A stretch of 59,604 nt of DNA from Catajapyx aquilonaris. Taxonomy: Eukaryota. Location: NCBI GenBank assembly GCA_000934665.2, contig KZ538668.1, positions 1 through 59,604 on the forward strand, written 5' to 3'. The position numbers and the translations under genes are program-made. Numbering within the stretch: the first letter of the stretch is position 1; each line of letters begins with the position of its first letter. Of this stretch, positions 1 through 9,661 are shown in pieces. The notes beneath the pieces are model-generated. The model did no database searches. It had not been told where the DNA came from and saw only the letters and a program-made list of their open reading frames with translations.

Positions 1-699
1 GTCTTACGTGCGCCTGCCTTGTTTCAGTACTTTTATTCCGCCGCGGAGGTCTTACTTCTCTTTTTTTTACTGAAGGGAAAGTTTTTCATCTAATTATGTA
101 TACATTAGTTAGTACAATGCAGTACACAATTTGCTGTGTATACCATGCATACACATTGTTTTTAGAGCGCTTAAAACTTGTCATAGATAAAATCCTGCTC
201 TGTTGAAAAAATACTTGTGGATTGCTGCGAGAGCCAATAATAAATTGATATGAAGAAAAGATAACTAACTCTGCTCGAGTATAATTATGTGCAGGAAGCG
301 CTCACCTACAATCCTGTAGTGTTGACGAGTACAAAATGAAGGATTAAAAATTGTCAAAAAAAAATTATCTAAAAATATGAACGTGGACACGTGGATCAGT
401 TAACAGAAAACATAATAACTTAATAATGCCGACTGTTTGAAACTATTTACTATTTACTATGCACATTTAATGGGAGGTTCGTGGTTACAATTAAGCATTG
501 CGAATGGTTCAACGAGATTGATAGTATCTGATGCAGTTGTGAACTGGGTTGTCTGAAAATCAGGTATGACGCACATTATCTAGATTCAATTTTTTTGCCA
601 TTATTAGCTCCATATTAGCCACTAGACCAATGCAACACATGACAAATATCCCATGCCATGACAATATCCCATATGGGATATCCCATTATGGAAAAACAG

Positions 700-1057
700 A
701 GCTGATACAATACCATCGAAGAAGGGGTTACTGTGAATGACGATTACTACGGGGAAAAGATCCTCCCACTTTATGCAGCATAACTAAATGACAAAATGCA
801 GTTTCCGAAGCTGGCAATCCTCATGCAAGACAGAGCCAAAGCACACTGCAAGAGGCACGATCGCCAGGATAAAGGAGCCTGCAGGAAAGGTCTAGGAACA
901 CTGACCTGGGAATTCACCTGACATGAATTCTCTCTTGAATGCCATTGAGAATGTTTGGGCCACATTGCAGGAGTCAGTGTTCAAAGAATCTCGGCCATGC
1001 ACACAGGAACAGCTCATAGCTTGCGTCCAAGAAGAGTGGCTGTCCTTGACTCAAGAT
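700..1057 (+). mobile_element. Decayed Tc1/mariner-superfamily (DDE) transposase fragment
   Basis: Frameshifted peptides EEGVTVNDDYYGEKILP, MQDRAKAH (QDNAPxH-like), PGNSPDMN and AIENVWATLQ...EEW (SPDLNPIENxW-like). A matching element end, CCACCCTG-TA (reverse complement TA-CAGGGTGG), lies at ~1495-1504. Confidence 0.75.
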
Positions 1058-1075
1058 NCCCCCCCCCCCCCCCCC

Positions 1076-1342
1076 ATGGTATCTCCACCTTGTCGCGGTG
1101 GTGGGGTTTGCGCTTCTCCCGTGACCCCAAGAGCTATGCTGGCCGTAGCTTCGTCTACTGGTAGGGCCACCCAAGCCGGACAGGTCTTTGGGATAGGAGA
1201 CAGACTCAGAGAGATACCAGTCTTTCCTCTCTTCTTTTTCCTCTTCGTTTCTCTCTCCATCTGTCCCACCTTTGCTTCTTCTTATAGCCAGATAGACATA
1301 GTTGCTTTGGCTTCTTCTCAATAAAACCTAAACCTAAAACCT
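1076..1342 (+). mobile_element. RTE-LINE-related SINE or 5' fragment inserted in the mariner remnant
   Basis: CCACCTTGTCGCGGTGG...GAGCTATG...GGTAGGGCCACCCAAGCCGGACAGGTC resembles, from recollection, the 5' UTR of RTE-clade elements (BovB/Expander type). It is followed by a pyrimidine tract, AATAAA and a short (AAACCT)n tail. Confidence 0.6.
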
Positions 1343-1615
1343 GGAGCAGCGTTTTGAAAATGGCGGGAAACATACCAAGTATAGAAAGGCAATTTTGTTA
1401 GCTCGTCAATTAAAGTGATTCTGAGGTTATATCTGGTTCCATGTCGTTTTTATCACTTTTAGAATCCCAAACCCGGGGGGTCCGAAACTTTCCGTCCACC
1501 CTGTAATAAGAACTTTATAGTGTGTATAGTGTGTATAGTGGTTTATAGTGTGCATAAAAAGCCCATGAAATTGTGAAAAACATTATTATCTTTTGAGATT
1601 AACAAATCACCCCCC

Positions 1616-1858
1616 NNNNNNNNNNNNNNNNNNNNNNNNNNNNNNNNNNNNNNNNNNNNNNNNNNNNNNNNNNNNNNNNNNNNNNNNNNNNNNNNNNNNN
1701 NNNNNNNNNNNNNNNNNNNNNNNNNNNNNNNNNNNNNNNNNNNNNNNNNNNNNNNNNNNNNNNNNNNNNNNNNNNNNNNNNNNNNNNNNNNNNNNNNNNN
1801 NNNNNNNNNNNNNNNNNNNNNNNNNNNNNNNNNNNNNNNNNNNNNNNNNNNNNNNNNN
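1616..1858. other. Assembly gap (N run)
   Basis: Run of Ns. Confidence 1.

Positions 1859-1904
<46 letters not shown>
1859..1904. repeat. (CT)n microsatellite adjoining the gap
   Basis: Perfect TC dinucleotide run. Confidence 0.97.
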
Positions 1905-1907
<3 letters not shown>

Positions 1908-2402
1908 TTCCCCTGTGAAAAGAGAGGCTGACCAAAATGGACTCAATCTGACAGTTTAATTTTTTCCACATGTAACAAGCCTACATGATCTGCCTTTGGC
2001 ATTCCTATAAGATGCTACAAGCTCTAATCTACACTCTTCTTGCAGAAAACATCTGCAATACAATAAAATTATACGGACATGATTGGAAAAACTTGTAATA
2101 TAACGAAAAGTGGTATTTTGTAGCATTAATTTAAGAAAACAGGGTATTGTTTGATTGACAAAAATGCATCAAAGCCGCAATCATCTTCCTCTTCTAACGT
2201 GTCTCATATCATGTTTGCTTATTAACAATACAGTTTTTGGCAGCCTTTTGACATATACATCAAGAGAGGAAACAACTATGATGCATCATCTCAAATAATA
2301 ATTCCCCTAACAAAGCAAATGATTATACAGTTATGAGGTCAACTTTTGAACATCTATCCACTATTTGTACCAACCTCTCTAAGCACCTGATATGTAAAAA
2401 CA

Positions 2403-4790
2403 TTATGACTTGTAATTGGCATTGAGGAAAACTAGCTTCTTGATTCGGTCAGCTGGCAAACGGCTGCGTCGATCAGCAATGTCCAGGCCAGTGTCTGAAA
2501 ACATGGCCTCCCCTGGAATGCAGGTAGCCACAACACACATCTTCTCCTTAGCCATCTTGGTCAGGTGGGGGAAAATGGTCTGGCGGTCCTTCCACCACTG
2601 CAGAGGGTTCTCGTTCAAGTCCAAAATGGGTTCGTCCAAGTACCTGCCAATTAACATTTCATTAGTTGCCAGTCACGTGAAGTAGTGGATTTCAAGGTGG
2701 CTTGTGCTTTCCTCGTGTTGTCCAGGAGACACGAGTAGGTACTTACCGTTGCAGCTCAGCAGTGGCACTTGAGGTGGCCGATCCAGCAGGACGTGCAGCT
2801 GTGACCTTCGCCTTGAACCTGGCCAGCGCAGACAATCCAGGTGACGGAGTTGATAGTGATGGCTGCGGCGACTGTGATGTACTTGCCGATGATGAGAGAA
2901 TTGCGTGTACTTGTTCGACAATATTTTGAGTGGCTCCATCTTCAGTAAATGCCATCAATTTAAAGCGGGGATCCAAGAAGGTAGAAAACGACAGGGGGTC
3001 GCTGAACTCGATATTGGGCAGCTTGAGCTTCAGACCTTCTTCCAGCTGTGTCACAACATCAATAATTGAAGGCTGGAAGGCCATTGTTTTCAGCTCATTA
3101 CAAACAGCCACAAGTCCCTGGGTCAGCACAATCACTTGTGAGCCAGGGACAAATCCCTCACTGCCCATCTGGCCTGCAACTTCCTCAAACGGCTTCAGGA
3201 TTTCCACCAGGTCACGGCACACCTTCCAGTCCTCACTTGTCATGGGTGCTTCAGCATCCTCTGTGGCTGCAGACACAGGACCTTCCAGCTCCACGAAGCG
3301 TCTCAGCATATAAAAGGTGGACGTCCAGCGGCCATCTGTCTCAAGCACTAGAGGCTCTGCATCAGGTGTCATGGCCAGCCTCTTCATCTCAATGGGATTA
3401 GCCAAGAAGACGGATGCCATAGACTTAGCCTTGTCGATGACGGACTGCACAAGCTGTAAAGTTTCAGAAGTTGTAAACTCACCCTTATGCAAAACAACAT
3501 GAAACTACGTGATACTTTTGAAGCTGGAAATTGATAGTGTGGCCCATTCTTTACAAAAGTAGTACCGAGACACAACAGATTACAAATGTTTTTATGATCA
3601 GAATTCCCCAACAAACTTATTGGTTTATTGACTATCAGTTCTTGAGCCTCGTGAAACCTTACCTCCAATGCACTCAGCACCACGGAGTTGAGAGTGTGGG
3701 CATAGCATGGAAAGTGGGGCAGCTTCATCTCATTAGTAATCGTCTCTCTAATCCCATCAGCATCATTAGTGACGACCAGCAGCACCTTCTCTTCTATGCC
3801 CCACTCTATAATGACCTTCATGATCTTTCCAGCTAGGTCCTCACTAGTGCATCCTTCCTCGATCCCAGTGCAATCCAGCATAACATGCTCCATATCAATG
3901 TGCTCACCAACAAAGTGGGCAGTCACGCTTATGTAGTTTTCTCCATTGGCACTACTCCAGCAGTCGGTGGTCAGGCAGGCCTTGCTAGCTGCCTTTACGC
4001 GTCTCTTCATGTCGCGCATGCATATGTCATACTGCGATGGTACTAGGGTCTTGATCAGCTGCTCCTCAGTGGGGATTTTGTACCTGTAATACCAAAAGTG
4101 GGATTAAAGTTTTCCTAGTCAACTGTCTGTATTTCTTACAATTTCTTTCGGAAAAAAGTCTATCCCAGATGGAAATTCAGCTATCATTGTAAGCTACTTG
4201 CTACCATTATGACTTGTTGCTGCTTAGTTTCCTTACCCGGGATTTAAAAAGGTAGTGTACTCAACAAAAGCTGAGCTTGTCACCAACGACAGGGGTTGAT
4301 ACTCCTTATAGAACAACTTCATGAGGGCACGCTCTATCTTTTTTTGCTGTGCAACTGTTGTCCTTGGTGTTGAAGGCGTTGCTGGCGGAGGCCTTGCCGA
4401 TGGTGCTTGGGTTGGTGTTGCCAGACCTGCTGGCGAGGCTGTAACAGGTGCTGAGGCCAGAATGTTCGGCACGTGTTTCTTTGATGGCGGTGTTGTTGAT
4501 ATGACAAAGCTGTCATTCCCATCAAAGACAGTGTATGCCACAGATGAATTTCCATCCTGGGACACGTCCATGCCGTCATTGTTGCTGTAGCGACCCCAGA
4601 GGGACTTGACTGTGATCTCTGGGTGCTTGCCTTTCAGGTGGTGCTTCAGGTTGGTCATGGTCGTCTTGTGCGAGCACTCACGCCCACACAGGTTACACAC
4701 AGCAAGTCCCTCCGCATGTGGGCTTGGAGTAAAGTAGTTCCACAAGTCACTCTTTTTACGGCGCTGCTGGCGCGGTCTACCAGACACGAT
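2403..4790 (-). CDS. ZBED1-like BED zinc-finger / hAT transposase-derived protein (~640 aa, at least 4 coding exons; start exon uncertain)
   Basis: Exons 4790-4237, 4083-3663, 3453-2747 and 2643-2403 join in frame through GT-AG introns (1923 nt = 641 codons including stop). Motifs: BED finger (SDLWNYF..CNLC..NLKHHLKGKH), LTTDCW, CYAHTLN, RWTST, LDPRFK and the hAT C-terminal dimerisation domain (NPLQWWK..ATCIPGEAMFS..RRSRL). Two in-phase candidate start exons: 4891-4865 (MATFWKEQG) or a lone ATG at 6294-6292. Confidence 0.9.
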
Positions 4791-5554
4791 CTGGAATAAA
4801 TTCAGCCTCTATGTTATGGTTTTCCCATGATTTCAAGCAATTTCTACAGCATGCTTCTCATTACCCCTTGCTCTTTCCAAAATGTTGCCATGTGCTCGTA
4901 ATCAGAGCATCTGATGTGCTGGTCTTATTAAAACCATTTCCAACTAAAAACCATACCAATTATTGAGAGTTGCTCAGATTGTCTTATGTCTAATATTTGT
5001 AATTAGCTGGACTAATTTGTAAAAAGCACAACTGTCCTCAAATATTTGCAACCTATGAAGGACACATGCATAATTCACAAGTCAACAAATCTTACTAACA
5101 TATACGGTACGCATTGAGAAAAACTGCCAGGTTGTTGTAATTAGCCTTGAAAGTGTGAGGCTGTCATATTTTAAGACACAAATGTTTCCTTTCACAATCT
5201 GACATATTTTCATTACACATTAAACAAAATAACGATCTGACTCCCTTGTTTCGTTTACTGACTGGTTGCCAACGGAAATCTTCCAAACGCACCTCTGGAC
5301 CAATTTATTGTTGGCACATTGTTCTTTTTTATCGACACTGTTTTACAGTGTCGACAAAAAAGAACAATATTGCACGAGGACATCGCCATGGACACAGGAA
5401 ATGTGGAAGGTTCCAGAGGTGCGTTTGGCAGATTTCCATTAACTAGGAGTCGGTATACAAAACGAGGATGTCAGATCATAATTTCATTTAATAGACTTTA
5501 ATTTCAAAGGGTGTCCCTTATTAAGTCTGGACCAAAGAATTCTGCTATGATATA

Positions 5555-5932
5555 CAGGGTGTTTCCTGTAACTCTGTAAAGACTTGCAGGGGTAAAAGAG
5601 GGGACCAAGACAAGTATTTTTGACATAGGAACCCGTGTCCGGAAATGCCATCTAGAGGGGGTTCATAGACAAGGAACTGGTGCACTCAAGACGCGTCAGG
5701 CGAGAGGAGCTAGGAGAGCGGACAGTTTTGTTGATAGATGGCGAGCAGCATGCTGTTGCCAGGTTATGGTGTATCATGTCGTTGTTTAACCTGGCAACAA
5801 CAGAACCGTTGTTTATGCTGCAACGCTTTAACTATTCCATTTACTATGGTTACATAGTTACATAGCAACCGTATACTACAACACTGTAATATGAGACACT
5901 GCTATGTGAGTTCAGACTTACGGGACACCCTG
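5555..5932. mobile_element. Non-autonomous Tc1/mariner-type MITE (TA TSD)
   Basis: Left end TA|CAGGGTGTTTCCTGTAACTCTG. Right end, reverse-complemented, TA|CAGGGTGTCCCGTAAGTCTG. Confidence 0.65.
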
Positions 5933-6291
5933 TAGTAACTTTACGTAAATGCTAAAGGAGGCAATAACGCACATCAGTACATTAGCCTGAGTCACAGATA
6001 ATTAATATCTCTCTGGTCTGAGTGCTGCACATCAGGGTTTCAAACGCGGACCCATACCAGTAATACGACTTGTTCTGCTGCACTTGGCCATGTCAATGTT
6101 CCAAATGCGGGGCACACACCCCACCACAAGCCCCAACCCCCCCGCCCTCGTTTCGAACGTACAACGAGTGGGACCCCGTAATAATATATCAGTTACGCCA
6201 ATAAAATCCGTACTCGGAATAAATATAGCCCCTCACTTCCAGTACTTGCAGTTCCACAACTTAGCTATTATGACTACTATTATAATAATAC

Positions 6292-6495
6292 CATTGAGAG
6301 AGCGGAGGCGACGCGGATCGCCGAGCAGAGCGGCAGGAAGAAGGAGGCGGGCGGCGGCACAAGGCAGCGGCTGGAGGCGAGGTCCGATCAGGGGCCGGCC
6401 CAGGGCAGTGCAGAGGGGGGTCGGAGGCGGCTGCGGGGATCCAGGAGGAGCCGAAGACCCTGTTGGGGAGGAGGAGGGGAAAAGGCGGGACTAAA
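6292..6495 (-). other. Putative first (largely non-coding) exon of the ZBED1-like gene
   Basis: GC/CpG-rich island with an Inr-like TTAGTC near 6490, ending in ATG|GTATT (donor at 6291). Confidence 0.45.
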
Positions 6496-6680
6496 ATGGT
6501 TGCCCGTAACCCGTAGGGATCGAACGCTCTTTCGCTGCCAACAAACAAGCCATGTGGTTGGAAATAAGAGTAGCTGCTACTCCGACGCTAATATGTCCGT
6601 ATCAGTTAGGTAGTCACAACACTGAAGGGAGCGAATTAACTGGTTATTGCGGCTGCGTCTGGTTGCCTGGGCCACCACGG
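6485..6680. promoter_or_regulatory. Putative bidirectional promoter between the ZBED-like and THAP-like genes
   Basis: Divergent Inr-like motifs (minus TTAGTC ~6490; plus TCAGTT 6602-6607) and two GGTTGCC/GGCAACC motifs, next to a CpG-rich segment. Confidence 0.4.
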
Positions 6681-6876
6681 GTGGGCAAAAATTAAATTAA
6701 AATGTCACCCTCTCTAATCAATCGGATGTGAGTGGAAATTGGAGACTGGCATAATAATTATGCCGAGCTTAAGAAGCAGTTTTAATATTTTAATCCCACT
6801 TCCCCTTCCCCCCCCCCCCCATCACGATTGGCGGGAACATGAATTTACTCTATATGTATCTTTTCAGATCACTTCT

Positions 6877-7526
6877 ATGAGAATGCCGTCGTATTGTAGC
6901 GCATTGCGTTGCTCCAATATGCAGAGGGAAGGGTGCACTCTGGTGAGGTTCCCGACGGACACTCTCTACTGGAGAGGTGGACGGAGGGAATGGGAAGGAG
7001 CAATTGGACGCCGATGAGCATTAGCACCAGAGGTCGTGTGAAGTGGGTGTTTGGTTTGAGAAGAGGCCTGGAGAGCACTGCTGTCATTTATCTGATGGTT
7101 CTGCAGGTTCATTTCAACCGATCAGATTGGGAGCAATTTGGAAGTCTGTAAAGAGAGGGACGGTATGTTCTCGATTATGCAACTGCATTCATGCTTCACC
7201 GTCAGCACACCAGCCTCCACGCTCCACCTGAGATCGGCACTCATCTGGCAGACCACTCATATGGAACTCTTCAATGGAAGAAACATGATGGTTCACAGGC
7301 TCTCAGCATTCCATTTACACCTGCTGTTGCAGACCACTCCTATGATGGAATGCAACGGAAGAAACGCAATATCCCATCTACACTCGTTTGGTATGATACT
7401 CATCAACAGACAGAAATGCAAGGTTGTACTCTACAGGCTCGTAACATGTCATTCTTAAACAGGAAAGAAAAGGCGTCAAAGGCACTGTCATCGAAAGGGG
7501 TGTCCACTTTATTCAGTTGTAGCTAG
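6877..7526 (+). pseudogene. Degenerate THAP-domain gene (THAP / P-element-related)
   Basis: MPSYCSALRCSN..RFP, then a frameshift to LLERWTEGMGRSNWTP, then another frameshift to CE|VHF split by a 64-nt GT-AG intron (7043-7106). This gives the THAP C2CH pattern. A downstream frame has two DHSY motifs. A premature stop follows VHFNRSDWEQFGSL. Confidence 0.7.
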
Positions 7527-8396
7527 CTGACAAATATACTAAAATGACTGGGGATTTGGGAGTGCGGAAGATGAAAGTAGATGTCCTGCGCAATATGGAG
7601 TGGCAACAGGGCTCATAACTACTCCAGCTGATCCAAGCTGACAGTCCAATCAAAGGTTGGTTTTGTGTAGCTTTTTGTGCCTCAATCAAGGCACCCAATT
7701 ATGTAGCAGTTGTAGTCTTCTACCACACCTGGGGATAATGGGGCCTCTGGATCAGGGCAGAAAAAGCTACACACAAAAAAAACTTTGGTGTATATTTTCC
7801 ATAACTGAAAGGACTATTTGGAACTCAATGTATAGTCTCAAGAGCAAGTTGAGAGACCAGAATTCTGTTGGGACTTGTCATCATGACCAGCTCGAGGGCT
7901 TGACTGTCCGTTAATTACCTACAATGATGTTTAGTGATTAAATCAAGTGAAGCATATGGAAGAGAAGACCCTAAAAGGCAATCTGCCTGTCATTACTATT
8001 AGGTCTACTATTATTAATGGAAGTCACTGGTAGAGTGCATGTATGATGTATCAAGAATTGTGATGCAATTGCTGTAACGAGTACTGTACCTGCTGTATGC
8101 CTCTTCCACTTTCCACATGTGAAACTGCTTGCAATGCTACCGGCAATGTGTCACAAGGAGAATTATCCAGGGAGGGGCTACATTTTGTTACTGCTTTGTG
8201 GACTTGTACGATAATGTGTATTTAGCACCAAGCTGACGTGTCAGTTCTCCCTAGGCCATTTGTGAATTACACTTGTTTTCTTCAATGGATTGAAGCCTGG
8301 GTATCATTATTCTGCCTTGGTTGTAAGAGCAAAATATTAGCTTGTTCTGCAGCAGGATGTGTGTGTGATGAAGAAAAATAAGTATACAATATCACT

Positions 8397-8402
8397 TTTA
8401 TT
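8397..8402 (-). terminator. Candidate polyadenylation signal of the GalNAc-T gene
   Basis: AATAAA on the minus strand ~1.1 kb past the stop codon, followed by T-rich sequence. Confidence 0.4.
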
Positions 8403-9511
8403 ATACCTAGATGACAAATCTTAAGATCCCTGCATTAAAACAATAATGGAAATCAACACCTTCAAAAACAGGGTCATATGGTAATAATATTCAGAATAGT
8501 AATAGAAATCTTCAGAAACATAATATGCTATAAACTATGCAGCAGAGAACCAAGCTAAGGTAGGGATCTCCATGTTCAGAATATACGTGCAATAATGTTT
8601 CAGATGGAGGAATGGCACCCAAAACAAAACAAAAAAATGTTTTTCAATTAAATACATCTCGACACTGAAAACATGGCCATGCAAGGGCAGGTATAATAAA
8701 AATTCTTCTCTTTCCCGCAACAATTAACGACCCTGAGTGCAAGTTTCCCCATAACATTCTTAGAAGGGAAGCAGCTCTCGCTTCCAGGTGATTCTGAGAG
8801 AACTGAAAAAGTCAAACAACTCGGAGGCATATATTGCAACACACAAGTAAAACAAACAAAAAAAGTCTCTATTAATACCAATACCCACAATTTGAAACAG
8901 TTCTGATCGGTTCATAAGTGATTGTTAAGATGAGATCAACCTGCATGAAAATAAAAGTTTGTACAACGGTGAATCATAAATAACAATCTCCCTTTGCAAT
9001 CACCATAACGTAATCCCTTCCCTGTATCCAGAAAACAAATTTAATAGCACACACTGATGGAATGTTCAACAGCATTTTTTTCTCTCTTATTATTACTTTT
9101 TTTTTGTTAAAGTCTGTTCATTGATTAGCAATGTGATATGTGGCATTGATGGTCACGATGCATGTTGCTGATACAAAACAGTCAAACCTGTGGGGGACAA
9201 ACACTAACCTCGAAAACTTGTAAATACCACGGGACATAACTTATCACACTTATTCATCAGTCCACCATCGATCCTGTTCACTCCTATTCTGTTGGAATGT
9301 ACGAGTGTAACGGAATAAAATTAAGGAACTATTTCAAAGGAAAAGTGTCTGTTCACGAGTCCCCCACTGTCACATGACTATCTCTCCCCCACCCCTTTTT
9401 ACAGCTCAAAAAAATCGCATGATACTCAAGGCACAAGGATGCGTAAAAAGGGGAGTGGTGGCATCACTTCTTTTTTCTTCATGGAATGTTCCCAACGGAT
9501 TGGTTCAGTGG

Positions 9512-9661
9512 CTAGTGCCTCGCCTGCCACTTGAATTTCCCCTTCATGAGCCATTGCTGCCCAAGGCTCCCATCACAGGGCCTCAGGAGCGGGAGGGTCA
9601 CATCACGAATGTCTGGCTTCTGCAGGCAGTTGCCTGTATTCACGTGCCTCATGCTCTGGTC
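9512..9661 (-). CDS. Pgant5: GalNAc-T last coding exon (lectin gamma repeat)
   Basis: [33 protein letters not shown]. Confidence 0.92.
   Translation of the reverse strand, partial: DQSMRHVNTGNCLQKPDIRDVTLPLLRPCDGSLGQQWLMKGKFKWQARH

Noticed and set aside
1543..1971. ORFs spanning the N gap (poly-ER/LS)
   Set aside because: Artefacts of Ns and the (CT)n repeat.
6084..6494. Arg/Gly-rich 136-aa plus-strand ORF
   Set aside because: Low-complexity reading of a GC-rich promoter/UTR island, with a non-ATG start.
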